This document shows positions 31,002-44,037 of a stretch of 64,000 nucleotides of DNA, piece after piece. The stretch's first letter is position 1, and every line of letters starts with the position of its first letter. Under the pieces are notes generated by a model. It was not told where the DNA came from. It saw nothing but the letters and a program-made list of their open reading frames with translations, and searched no databases. The position numbers and the translations under genes are program-made. Origin of the DNA: the human T2T-CHM13v2.0 reference genome, Homo sapiens; assembly GCF_009914755.1 (NCBI RefSeq), contig NC_060928.1; one strand, given 5' to 3'.

Positions 31002-34000
31002 TGAATGACCCTGGAAATACATTCCTGTCCCTCTGTGTCAACCATGTTCATAGGCTCTCACTTCTCAGGGAGCTTTTGAGCTCAATCTTCCCTTTGTCTG
31101 AAGGTGGGCATGGCACCCCATCTGCCACAGAGAAAAGAGCCAGGAGCCCACTTCATTGTTCCTGTGGTTCCATCAAGCTATCTCAGAGAAGAGAAAAATC
31201 CACCTCCCTTGTATCTAAGGAGAGTAGAGGCATAGCTGAAGGAAGGGGCAAAATGAGGTGCTGGGGAGGGGCCATCATTTCTGTTTGGCCCTTACAGCAT
31301 CCTTGTGTTTGGGAAAACATGTCTGTCATCACTGCCTATTGAGATTTATCACTGGGCGTTACACTATTATTAATGTCTCTATTTTTGGTTATCCCTCATT
31401 TCTTCCTCTGGAACCAAGCTTATTATAAGTTTTGATGAAATATGTTAGTGGGAGAAATGCCTCCAGTTTGAAAGAAATACTAATACTTTAATTCTGTCTT
31501 TACAAAGGTATATTTATTGACTCAAAAACAAAGATAAATATTCATATTCAGTAAATAATCAATAATTATAACAAAGTGAACACATCAAAACCAGATTTGT
31601 TGCTTTTCTTCTCCTCCTTAATATATCCCTCTCTGACTTAGCAGTTATTGTCAATCATATCACCATACCACCAGCCAATTAAGTCTCACAATCTTTCTCA
31701 TCCATCTTTTCCACTCAGCTAATCAGTTGTCAATCAAGTCAGTTGAATTAAACATTTAAGTATTAGTATTCTTTCAAACAGCTCTACCTCAGATAGCATT
31801 TGTAGCAACCTTATATTATATGTATACATGCTGTAACCACTGCATTAGATTGTAAACTGATTTCTGTGGCTACGGCATCTAACATATATAGCTGTACTTA
31901 ACATAGTTGTAGTTAACACTCAATAACTATGTAATGACTTGAATCAGTTGCCTCTGTGAAGAAGAATGGGATGCAGAGGTGGAGGACAGGATTGGAAAAA
32001 AAGGCTTTATTTTTCTCTGTAAACTTTCTATATTTAGAATGTTGAATGTATATAAATATTATCTACTAAAATATATATAATGAAAATATGTAATTATTGA
32101 TCATTCACAAAGATTTACATAGTACACTGATAATTACATCTTGCTAACTTTTTAATATGATTTGAACATGAAAGGTGACTCAGGCATTGCCTTTGCCTTC
32201 AAGAAGTGTGTAGCTCAATTGGAGAATGTATAAATAAATAGTTGTTAAGGCTCTGGAGTCCATCTCCCTAGGTTTGAGTCCCATCTTTACAATTTACTGG
32301 CTGTGTGATTCAGTACAAGTTACTCAATCTCCTTGAGTTCCATTATCCATGTCAGTAAAAGAGAGATAATACTTATGATATGGTATTTACTTAATAGGGC
32401 TATTACTAAGATTTAGTGGGATAATGTGTTGAGCACATTACCCAATTCATGGTAAGTGTTAAGTAAATGTTTGTAAGGTTTATGAATTACCAAATATATT
32501 TGGTATAAAATCTATGTAAATAGGAAACTTTTAATAGAGCTATTATTGGTAGATTTGGTTCACAGGGAACAAGCTTTGTTGTTCTAGCTACAGAAATTCT
32601 CTTTAATAAAAAATCTGTTGCAACTAACTGCAGTCTCCTTCTGTAAGATTCCCCAGAGAAGAAAGCACCTGGTCGTTTAGTTTAGGAAATTCTATCCAAA
32701 TTGATTTTACCAATCAAAGATCAAATGATAATATAAATGGATTGCATGCCTTGTGAGAAGGTATACTTCCTATCTGTAAGAATGTTCAAGCAAAGTGTGT
32801 TTAGACAGAGCATGTCTTTGTGGTTCTTTTTGCTGAAGACCATAAAATATTAGTTTGTTGAATTTAGGGTAACAATTCATGCAGCCACAGGTTGGGTTCT
32901 GAGCTCCTTAATGTCATAAAGTTTCATTGGTTGTGTTAAGATATATAATATTCACAAAGTTGATAAACATTTAAATTGAGGACATTAGAAATTCTATCTT
33001 ATCCCATTTTAGAAGTGGAATACTTGTATTACAGGCTTTTAACTGACTTATATTGGAATCCAGATGTGTTATCACAATTTTAGAGAAAATAATTTCCTTT
33101 TACTACAATCTCAAGTCCTAAATCCAAATCATATAAGACAAGATGCTTGCTCTCTGAGAAAAAAAATGGTCAACAGTGATTTAGCGGTCTACATTGGCCC
33201 TGCATTCAATCTAGTATCACTTAGGTTTATTAAATTTTAACTAGTTTTTTCATGTTTGGGCCAATTTTTTCTTTGAAAAATGATAAATGATTGATGAATT
33301 CCAGGAATGAAGAATGTTTCTTAAATCACAGTTCTTCTACTTCCAGGTATGTTTTTTGAGATAATAGCATAGGTAGTATTTAAGCCAAAATAATCATTTA
33401 CTGTAACTCTGAGGTCAGTGGGCTTGTTTATTGAAATAATAATGTCCCAAATTCCCTATCGTCCAACCGTTTGTGTTCTGATTTGAAAACACAAATCTAC
33501 AGCTAACAGTCTTCGTGTATATTGGTAATTTACTCTGTGAGCCAAGTCTGTTACATTCATCTTTGCTCCAAAATTATTTGCTGAATTTAAATTTGATTAT
33601 GTAGAAGACTTCTTGACCTAGTGACAAATGATATAGCCCTAAGGAATAATAGAAAGAACTACCAATTTTGAGCATCTTCTTTATGCTAGATATTATGTGG
33701 TAGTATAGTTTTTGTTGTCATGTATATTCTCTCATTTAATCCTCACCACAAGCCTAGGAAGTAGATATAATTACCTGTATCTTATAATGAAAAAAGAAAG
33801 GCCTAGAGATGTTGTGTAACATATGCAGGGTCAGTGTGCCAGAACAGGAACTCAAACCCATGGGGCCCAATGCCTGTGCTCTTAACCATGAATCTTAATA
33901 CAACCATGAAGCCCTTCTTAATTTAAAATAATACACAGATACAAGGTGTTATGAGACTCAAAGTTATTCACTAATAGAATGGATTTTAAAGATGTGTGTG

Positions 34001-34175
34001 TGCATCTACATAACTGTGTGCATGATTATTTGAACACACATTTACATCTATCTACCAACTTATCTATCTTCTTCTCTGGGTTAGAGACAAGATTTTGTGA
34101 ATGATCTTTTACAGTCTTTGAGTATTTCTCAAACCTAGATTTGTGTTGTTTTATGATTAGCTTGTGTTTATGGTC

Positions 34176-34321
34176 CTTTTTTTTTTTCTCTCTCTCTTTA
34201 GAGATGCAGCCTAGCTTTGTTGCTCAGTCTGGCCTCAAACTGAACTGCTGGGCTCAAGTGATCCTCTTGCCTCAGCCTCCTGAGTAGCTCGGACTATGGG
34301 CACGTGCCAATGCACCTGGCT
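34176..34321 (-). mobile_element. Alu monomer (FLAM/AluJ-like)
   Basis: poly(T), GGGCTCAAGTGATCCTCTTGCCTCAGCC. Confidence 0.75.
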
Positions 34322-37300
34322 TCAGTCCAATTTTAGATGGAAGCAGTTTTTCAATGCTAACTGCATGGTTCAAGTTTAATAGGACTTGATAAATTGAATT
34401 CCATCAGTAAGTTAAAGGGAGAGACAGCCACTGCGTGGTCAAGGAAGCTCAAATCAATGGCGACAATGATATATCTGTTTTTCTAACAAGTAAACCATTT
34501 CTAGATCTAAGCTAAATTTATAGCCTGAACCCTCAGAACTGGATTTCCTAAAAACTGGCAGAAAGAAAATGACCTATTGGCATACTGAAAGCCAGTCCAA
34601 CCTAATAGTAAAAATATCCCATTAAGGGCAACAGAGTTGTCTGTTAGAATATTTGCTTTGTGTATAAAAATAGCCCAGGGAAAGTGAAAACGCAAAAGTT
34701 TCTTGGTAGTCTGTGAACAATGTGCTTTTAGTTTCACTATGTAAATCAAAGACAAAAACAACATTGGGCACAAGTAAAATGGACTCCCTCACTGGCAGCA
34801 GAACAGCACCCACAGGTTGAGTTTTGCACTTCTTAACTTCATAAAGTTTCATTACATGTGTCATTTGGGGGATCTGTCCTAGCGGCAGGGATGTTGAAAA
34901 ATCTCTGCTGTGATTGGAATTTAGGAAATAAAGTACTGGGTGCCTAGAGAAAGAAGGATTATCCCATTGGCAATTACAGAGGCCAAAGAGGCTGGAAATT
35001 AGCCATTTTTAATACTAGTTTGAGACTAAGGAATGATCTGAGGTGCCCTGGATTGAGACAAATTGAACAGAGAAGTTGGATTTAAGTGTTTTGCTGTGCC
35101 ACATTGGTATCTGCTACTGGTTGGTTTGTGTTTTTCCATCTTTGTGTAATCTACGATTTTAAATCTCTCACCCCATGAAAGAATTTTCATGACTAAATAT
35201 GATTAGCAGGAGATTTACAAGAGCAAATGAGTTTGGGGGGAAAAATAAACCACCACCAACCAAGGGGCCAAGTTATATTCACAAGAATGTGCTCCGGAAA
35301 GAAGAAACTTTTTAAGCCTTTGAGTAGAAATACTGGCCTATGTTGAAAGTGGACAGGCCCCTGTTTGAGAAAAACTGTAGTTATTTTGTCATATAAACTA
35401 TCTTTGGAGGAATATATATATATTTCTAAAGAAGGAGAGAAAATAAGAAGAACAGAGAATGCTATCAGATCATCAAAGCAATTCAGTCATCTTATCTAGC
35501 TTAACGCACACATTTGCTTTAACCTGCAATTTTGAATGAGGACAAACAAAACATTTATAAGATTTAGATCTTTGTTTTAAATTCTAACTACTTGGGTTAG
35601 TTTATTGTCTTAGTGTAATTGCACTATAGTCCTTTCAAAGTTAAATCCATATAGGATTTGCTGTGTACAAAGGCTAACTTTCTATTGACATTTTGAAGGA
35701 CTTTGCTTCATCCATGAAAGGTGACATATCTCTGTCTTCTTCAAGTGTAGATTTCTGTGTATACTTTACCTTGAGTGGTGGAGCAGTGACCTCTACTAAG
35801 TAAACAAAGATACGATTTGCAAAACCAGATTAAGTCAAAGACCCAAATATTTATTGAATGTTGTGCAAGAAAGCCTAGAGTGTAAATCACACTCTTGATG
35901 GATAACACTATGGCTGCAAGTTACCGAAGAATGGTCTGGCTTCAGGGCTGACCAGAGCAAGCTCATTCACAAAGAAACAAGGTTAGGTCAAAATTTAGAA
36001 CACTGCATTTTACCTTTTATAAACAGCAGAGAGGAAATTCTGTTGACCAAGATCCAGGAAACCGATTGCTTAATTATGCATCCTTCTGCGTCGGAAAACT
36101 ACCTGATATTTACATATCAATACTTCCTGTGGATCTCACTATGCTTTATAAGGTTAATTTCCTCATTAGTACTTTATTGATATTTAATACTACATCATCT
36201 AATTATGGCTATGGAAGGCCCCATACCCCTCCTCATATTAACCTGATATGTTAAGCCATTTCTAGCTCTGACCGAGAAACTTTATAGAATTTATCTAGGA
36301 TAATATCTAAAATAATGCTGAATCAAATATGCACCACAAAATTTGGCTGCCGGGTAACTGCACACTGTCCCATGGTGTTCCTCTGCTGGATGCTCAGATC
36401 AAAGTGGTCATTCACTTAGTAAATACATATTGGGCATATACTATTTGCCAGGCCCTGTTCTACACAATGAACCAAAGTCGCTGCTGATAAGTTTACATTC
36501 TAGTGGAGAGAAAGAGGATATAAACAAAATATTATATAATGTCAGTTGGTGACACGGGCTGTGAACAAAAATGAAGAAGGATTAAGGAAATGAAAGACTA
36601 GAGGAGGTGCTGTTTTAGATATGGTGGTCGGGCAGCACTCTAGGTTAAGGTGACATTTGCTGGGTTTCTGGTGAGGCTAGTTACAAAGCTCATGGCTGGC
36701 TCACTATTGCCACCTGCAGGCCCCAATACATCTGGAGGATGAATGATTTAAAGCCAACAGACACATATTTTTTCATTTAGAGCTGTCAGAGATTTGACAA
36801 GTGTAGGTAAGTAATAGAATGAGAAGTATACTAAGAGAGGAACACTGCGCAAGTTAGCCAGAAAATACCACAATGACCATCTACACATTACTATTGAGCT
36901 TGCGAGTTATGCCATTCTCTTCATCAAAATCCTCTGAGGAATTCCCATTTCCTGTCTAATTAAATATAAACTTCTCAGCCTTGTATTTAAGCTTCTCCAA
37001 AAAAAAAAGGCCAATATAACTTGTTAGGTATATCTTATAAATTGGATTGAGGTAGCATATCCCATAAAATTTCAAAATTTTGCCTTCATGAGGCTGACAT
37101 AAAAGGTATTTTAATTATTATACAATTATTATTATATAATACCTTAATTAAATACCTTCATAATCATATAATAATACCTTAATTAAAGTAAATTTTATGT
37201 AAGCCTCATGAAGGCAAGGATTTTTAATCTGTTATTATCTGTGGTGCTTGATCAATGCACCCAATAAATATTTGTTGAGTGAATAAAATATATTTTACTA

Positions 37301-38567
37301 AAATATTAAGAATTACTAAATATTACTAAAACACTAACATAAAATACTAAAATGCAGTTTGAGGCAGAGAACATGACCATTAAGCAGATAACAAAATCAT
37401 TCAAGAAAAGGAAATACACCCATTTCAAAACCATCTGTTTCAGAGCAAAAATCTGTAGCAAGGCAATCAGATCTCACAGTGTGGGTCAGTGATAGAGCTG
37501 ATGGAGAGTACTGGGGAGGGACCACGGTGATCCTCCTGACTCCATTTGAGTGGATCAGGAGAGGAGCAAGACATTCACCGTGATTTTTTGACTGAAGGAA
37601 ACTTTATATGTATTTAATTTTTGGAAAACTAAAGCAAAATTGTGTCACATTTTAAAACAACTCCAAGTTTGAATGATAAACATAAAATAGAGTGGGCAAG
37701 TCCTAGAATATCACAACACTAGGAGGAATTGCCTAGAGCCATTGGTCACTGTTTCTCCTGATTTGCTTTATAAACTATAAGGAGAGAAAGCTCCACATAG
37801 GCCTCTGAACCACTCCTGCTTGACTGGAACAGGTGGGCTGCCCTAACCAAACAGTACAACTTTAACAAAGGTCAGTCAAATCCTAGAAGATAGGGAAATG
37901 AGGGAGTTTATAGCATTGTGTTGTGCATATTCTCTAGAATATGCAGAACTAGGGCTAGAATGTGTCATAGAGAAAGCCAAGTAACCTTCACCTGGCCCTT
38001 TCCTTAGGTTTGTCTGTCTTGGTCCCATGCTTTAGCTCAGCTCACTCAGCTGTGCTCCAAGTCAGCAAGTGGTCATGACCTACATTTGGGACACTATTGC
38101 AGGACCTTGTGTCACCCACTGCACTCCATTTCTCAACTAGAATTTGCCACTGGGCCTCAGGCTGCCACAGCCTATGGTTACTGTCAGGAAATGCACCAGT
38201 GCATTCCAGCCTGGCCCCAGCACCCAGCCCTACTTAGGTTTGTTGTGGTCCCTTCTTTCTCCATTCAGGAATCCCTCTCTACTTCCTGCTCTCCCAATGA
38301 CAGGATCTGGTAAACTCATATGAAGTAAGGTAGGAAAGACTGAGCTCGCCTAAGGTATTACTTCTACCAAGACTGAAATTTAAACTTGAGAAAAACCCGG
38401 AAACTGAAGACATCAGAATCTAAAAAGAGAATTTTACAAAACAGTCAGCTATTAGAAGAGAATTATGGGATCAAATACAAATTAGGTAACTAAGAGAAGT
38501 TGTATAAAGCCATTTAATGACGTAAAGACGTTTTATTTCTATTTTAAGTACTTAGAATTTCTTCTAA

Positions 38568-38749
38568 GCGACTATTTCTTAAAATGCTCCTTAGATTACT
38601 CTGTTTCACTTTGTTAAAAATGTTAGGTTCCTCAGCCCCTTTCCAGATCTACCGAAGAAGAGTATCTGGGAGTGGACCCCAAGAATCTTCATTTTATTAA
38701 CAAACTTCCCCAGATGATTATTATACACAGTAAAATAGGACAACCACTG
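38568..38749. mobile_element. MER5-like hAT DNA transposon relic
   Basis: TTTTATTAACAAACTTCCCCAGATGATT...CAACCACTG end motif. Confidence 0.6.
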
Positions 38750-38951
38750 CCCTACACAGGAGAGTAACCATACCTGCTTTACCTAAGAAGGCCTTATTTC
38801 CATTAGACAATCTCAAATCTTGTATACTTCCTCTTTGTTAGAGTATTTAATACTGAAGATATGCCATAATCATTTCTTGTTGCAAAAAGAATTTAAAAAC
38901 TAACGGTATCAGTTTTTTTCTATTGAAGTTTAAAATTAGATTTTGGTAATT

Positions 38952-39235
38952 CAGAAACAAAAAGACAAATACAGCATGTTCTCAGTTATAAGTGGGAGCT
39001 AAAAATCTGCACACATGCACATACAGAGTGGATTAATAGACACTGGAGACTCCAAAGGGTGGGAGGGTCGGAGAGGGGTCAGGGATGAGAAATTACCTAT
39101 TGAGTACATGTACATCATTCCGATGATGGTTACACTAAAAGCCCAGACTTCACCACTAAACCATATATCTGTGTAACAAAACTGCACTGGTAACCCCTAA
39201 ATCTATGAAAATAAAAAACAAAACAAAAACAAAAT
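38952..39235 (+). mobile_element. L1 3' end fragment (L1PB/L1MA-type)
   Basis: CATGTTCTCAGTTATAAGTGGGAGCTAAA...GTAACAAAACTGCAC, A-rich tail. Confidence 0.85.
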
Positions 39236-40256
39236 AGATTGTGGATAATCCAGTTTAATGATGCATATTGCTTTATTGATGAATATGGCATCAATGCTGC
39301 CCAAAGAATAAAAAGTAGACTGGCCCCAAGCCCCAGTGCCTTAACACATTACAGAAGTAGGTGTTCAAGAAATTCAATCGCTTTACAGAAATAGAATAGA
39401 AAGGACTTAGGGAAAGACTGAATGAACACGTAGGAGAGGGGTAAAAGTTTCACAGATAATAACTCTGAGAAACAGTAAATATGGGAGAACACTAACATGA
39501 ATAGGAAAACAAGAAGAGGAACTGGTCTGCTGAAGAGAGAAAATGAAGAGTCCAATTTCCAACATTTTAAGTTTGGATGGGAGTGAGACCTGTAAGAGGA
39601 GATGGCGTCAGAATGCTGGAGATGATAGAGCTTTGGGAATGAGAACTAGTGGTGAGCTGATGGAGGGTGAAGTGAGTTTCCAAGGAGAAAACAACCTGAG
39701 GACAGAATGTGGACTGAATTTAAGAGCTGGCAGAACAGGCAGAGAGGGGAAGAATGGCTCTGACTCTACCTCATGGCCCTGTGCCTACACAAAAGCCAAA
39801 GACTTTCATATCTCCAAATGACACCGCTTGGATGTGATTTAGCTGTTTATCTGTGTCTTGGAATGCTTTCAAATGAAAGAATTATAAACAGTATTTTATA
39901 TATATATACACAGATATATGTATACACATTATATATACATATACATACATATGAAACCTTTGCTGTTAGATATGTCAGATAATACAGAATGAGTGGTAAT
40001 CATTTAACACATTTCATGTTCCGTGGTGCCAGAAATGGGTAGGCTGTCTAGTAAATAGATTTTGTTAATTAGTACATTCTGTGATATAATCTAGTTGTGC
40101 TGAATTTCCTGAGATGCTTGGAGGAAACTGTTGGATTTCATTGTGAATGGATTTTTATGTTGCATATGTCATTACAGATTTTGATGAATACATAGGGTTT
40201 ATTAGGGCTAATTCAAACCAAAATTCAAATAATTTAGAAATATAGTACTCTATTCT

Positions 40257-40565
40257 AGCTGGGTGCTGTGGCTCACGCCTGTAATCCCAGTATTTTGGGA
40301 GGCTGACGTGGGAGGATTGCTTAAACCCAGGAGTTCAAGACCAGCATGGGCAACAAAACGAGACTACAAAAAGTAACAAAATTAGATGGGCGTGGCAGTG
40401 TGTGCTTGTGGTCCCAGCTACACAGGAGGCTGAGACAGGAGGATTCCTTGAGCCCAATAGGTCCAGGCTGCAGTGAACTGTGTTTGAATCACTGCATTGC
40501 TTTTCAGAGCCTGGGTGATAGAGTGAAACCCTGTCTCAACTTTGTCTCAAAAAAAAAAAAAAAAA
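40257..40565 (+). mobile_element. Alu (AluJ-like)
   Basis: Alu consensus with poly(A). Confidence 0.9.
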
Positions 40566-40635
40566 AGACAAGAAAAGAACTGTATTTTAAGGCACTTTGT
40601 TGGAAGCCCAGTCCTCTCTAATGGTTAGTGTAATA

Positions 40636-40652
40636 CAGCCACCTGCTGGTGA
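40636..40652 (-). promoter_or_regulatory. CTCF-like motif
   Basis: Minus strand TCACCAGCAGGTGGCTG matches the core CCASYAGRKGGC. Confidence 0.5.
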
Positions 40653-41005
40653 AGTTATTGCTAGACAGCAACAGCCACTTCTGTGGATACACCTGTGCAC
40701 TCAAATTGCCACATAGATTCTTGTAGATTAAATATCCCCCACCTATTCTTTTTGTATGTGTGTAAGTTCTTATCCATATGTTAGGTTTCTCTGTTTTTGT
40801 GCTGAAGGGGTGGTGAAGTAGATATTTTTCTTAGTGTCAGTCAACAGCATTTGAAATGGGTCCTCAGGTCAAAATCTGAAATTCAGAATTTGGGATTCTC
40901 TGTGTGTTTGGAGGTACTTCCAACCTAGCAGTTAGGGTATAATAAATGACCCCCAAATGGCCTCTGTATATTGGCTTCTAAGCTGTTGATTTTTTTTTAT
41001 TTTTT

Positions 41006-41235
41006 CCAATTTATTATTATTATTTTAAAGGATAGGTGGGGGTGGGGGCTCTCGCCCTGTCACCCAGCCTGGAGTGCAGTGGTGCAATCATAGCTCACTG
41101 TAATCTCCAACTCCTGGGCTCTAGTGATTGTTCAATCTCAGCCTTTTGAGTAGCTGGGACTACAGGCACACGCCACAATGCCCAGCTAATTAAAAAAAAT
41201 GGTAAAAATGGGATCTCACTGTGTTGCCAAGGTTG
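41006..41235 (-). mobile_element. Alu fragment
   Basis: CCCAGCCTGGAGTGCAGTGG...AGCTGGGACTACAGGC. Confidence 0.8.
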
Positions 41236-42242
41236 GTAAGGTTGTTGAGTTTTGTTTTAATGGCAGGTTGTCAACAAGTCAAATGTTTATATATCTTAAT
41301 GTTTTAAACACAGTCCAAATAAACAGATTTTCAGCTATTTAGAAACTGCCTGCTCTGTATACCCTGAGCAACTGCACCCAAGATCTGCTAGCCATAGATA
41401 AGATAAACTTTGCAGCTAAAAAAACCCCACTCAGCAGCTGCCCTTTGAGGGTATCTGATCCTGAGATTTTGCAGTGTGTTGAGGGACGTTACCTAAATAC
41501 AGAAGTCCCCTCTCTGATTCCTCTTCTTCAGGGCTTCCTTTATCCTCCTCCCCTTCTGGGTGGTGGCCTCCATGCTGCCAGAGCTCTGGATGGGTCCACG
41601 CTGTGTGGGACTCCCCCTCACCACGCAAACCTGTTAAAGTGCTTCCAAAATAGAGCTCATTGTGTGCTACTCCCACTTCATTATTATGTTTTTTTCCTTG
41701 ATCAGCCTCAAAATCCCTTGAAAATCTCATTCTATCAGGTGAGAAAGGCCTCACCTCAGCAGGGAGAAAGAAATGAATGTCATAAACTCTGGTAACTCTG
41801 GTTTTTCATATGGTCATGGCCCTAAGTTTCCCTCTGTGCCTCTTCTTCAATTACTGTTGTTCCCCTGCAGAAAGCAACATTATTTCCTCTAAAAGGGCAA
41901 AGATTACTTGGCGATACTGGTGCCTCTAGTCGTCCCTTCCCAAAGCGTCCAGGAGAACTGGTCACAGAAGGGATGAGAGCGCACCATGTGCCACACCATG
42001 TGCCACACCATGTGCCCCACTGTGGAGGCTTTTTTTTATGCCTTGGCCTCCTAAGGGAACAGTTGTTTCAGCTGTAGGTAATACAGCGGGACCTTAGTCT
42101 GGCCCTGAGTTTGGCGAAGGGCTCTTTATGCTCTTGGCATTGCTAGTAGAGTGCAGGAAGGGAGGAGCTGCTTAAACAGACAGTTCAGCTCAACGTCAGG
42201 CCTTGACTCTCAGGGACTCAGCCTGAAACCCAGGTGGATCAT

Positions 42243-42794
42243 TCAGGGTACTCTAGAGGGACAGGACTAATAGGATAGATGTATATATGATGTATATATG
42301 AAAGGGAGTTTATTAAGGAGAACTGACTCTCATAATCACAAGGTGAAGTCCCACAATAGGCCATCTGCAAGCTGAGGAGCAAGGAAGTCAGTCTGAGTCC
42401 CAAAGCCTCAAAAGTAGGGAAGCCGAAAGTGCAGCCTTCAGTCTGTGGCCTAAGGCCTGAGAGCCCCGGCAAACCACTGGTGTAAGTCCAAGAGTCCAAA
42501 AGCTGAAGAACTTGGAGTCCGATGCTCTAGGGCAGGAAGCATCCAATACGGGAGAAATATGAAGGCCAGAAGACTCAGCCATTCTATTCCTTCCACATTC
42601 CTCTGCCTGCTTTCATCCTAGCTGCGCTGGCAGCTGATTGGATGGTGCCCACCTACATTGAGGGTGGGTCTGCCTTGCCCAGTCCACTGACTCAAATGTT
42701 AATCTCCTTTGGCAACACCCTCGCAGACACACCCAGGATCAATGCTTTGCATCCTTCAATCTAATCAAGGGGCTGGATTTGTTTAACCATCACA
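42243..42794 (-). mobile_element. ERVL solo LTR (MLT2A-family)
   Basis: TCAGGGTACTCTAGAGGGACAGGACTAATAGG...GACTCAAATGTTAATCTCCTTTGGCAACACCCTC...TAACCATCACA. Confidence 0.85.
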
Positions 42795-42804
42795 CAAGGG
42801 GCTG

Positions 42805-43121
42805 TTTTTGTTTTTGTTATTGTTTAAGAGATGAGCTCTCCCTCTGCCGCCCAGGCTGCTGTGCTGTGGCACAATTAAAGCTCACTGCAGCTTTAAACTC
42901 CTGTTCTCAAGCAATCCTCCCACCTCAGCCTCCCATGTAGCTGGGACTACAGGCATGCATCACCACGCCCAGCTAATTTTTTAAATTTTTTAGTTTTGTA
43001 GAGATAGGGTCTCACAATGTTGTCCTGTTAGTTGCCTAGATTGGTTTCAAATTCCTGGCCTCAAGCAATCCTTGGACTCCCCAAATGCTGAGATTATAGG
43101 CAAAAGCCACCAAGCCCAGCT
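42805..43121 (-). mobile_element. Alu (AluJ-like)
   Basis: Alu consensus motifs. Confidence 0.85.
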
Positions 43122-43325
43122 GGGCTCACTAATTGAAGGTTATGAAAGCATCACACCCTTTTTAGGCAATCCCTTCTCCCTCTGTATGGCTGAATGTAGG
43201 AAAAAAGTATCTCCCTCCCATGGTTAGTTAAGGATCAGACTCACTTGTTCTAATCTTGCCTGTACAAGTTAGTAGCTCTGTGTTCCTGGACTATTAGTTA
43301 GCCTCTCTGTGCCTGTTTCCTTTTA

Positions 43326-43488
43326 TCAGACTGACTTCCTTGCTCCTCAGCTTGCAGATGGCCTATTGTGGGACTCACCTTGTGATTATGAGAGTCAATT
43401 CTCCTTAATAAACTCCCTTTCATATATACATCATATATACATCTATCCTATTAGTCCTGTCCCTCTAGAGTACCCTGAATGATCCACC
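43326..43488 (+). repeat. Inverted copy of 42233-42396 (LTR end plus a few flanking bases)
   Basis: Reverse complement differs by one substitution and one 1-nt indel. Confidence 0.95.
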
Positions 43489-43972
43489 AGGCTGTCGGGG
43501 CTTAAATTCCAGCTTTATAACTTACTTCTAGCTGTGTGACCTTAGGAAATGTTCCTGCTTCTTTGTCTCAATTTCCTCAATTGTAAAAAGGGAATAATAT
43601 TATTACCCATCTTATAGGGTTGTTTTGTCTAATGTGTTAATAAATGTAAACATTTAAAACATTACATAAGAGCTGATTTTACTATTATTATAAAAAAGCT
43701 CTTAAAACAGTTTCTGGTCAGCATTAAGAACTCAATAATTGTTAATGGTTAATATTAGTCATGTAACTACCCAGATAATCCATAAACTGTATTAGTCATC
43801 CTGTTAAGAAGCAAGGCCTGGTTTGTCTTCTTCCTTTTATTATACAATTTTACTGCTTCTAATTTAAACTCTTGCCTCCCTAAGTTCAATCCAGGAAGAG
43901 AGTCAGGATTAAAGGACTAGAAGGAAAGACAAGAGTGCTGATGGAAACAAAACTACTCAAATATAGGTGTTA

Positions 43973-43996
43973 AAGAGAGAGAAAGAGACAGAGAGG

Positions 43997-44034
<38 letters not shown>
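43973..44034. repeat. (GA)n microsatellite
   Basis: Direct reading. Confidence 0.9.
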
Positions 44035-44037
<3 letters not shown>

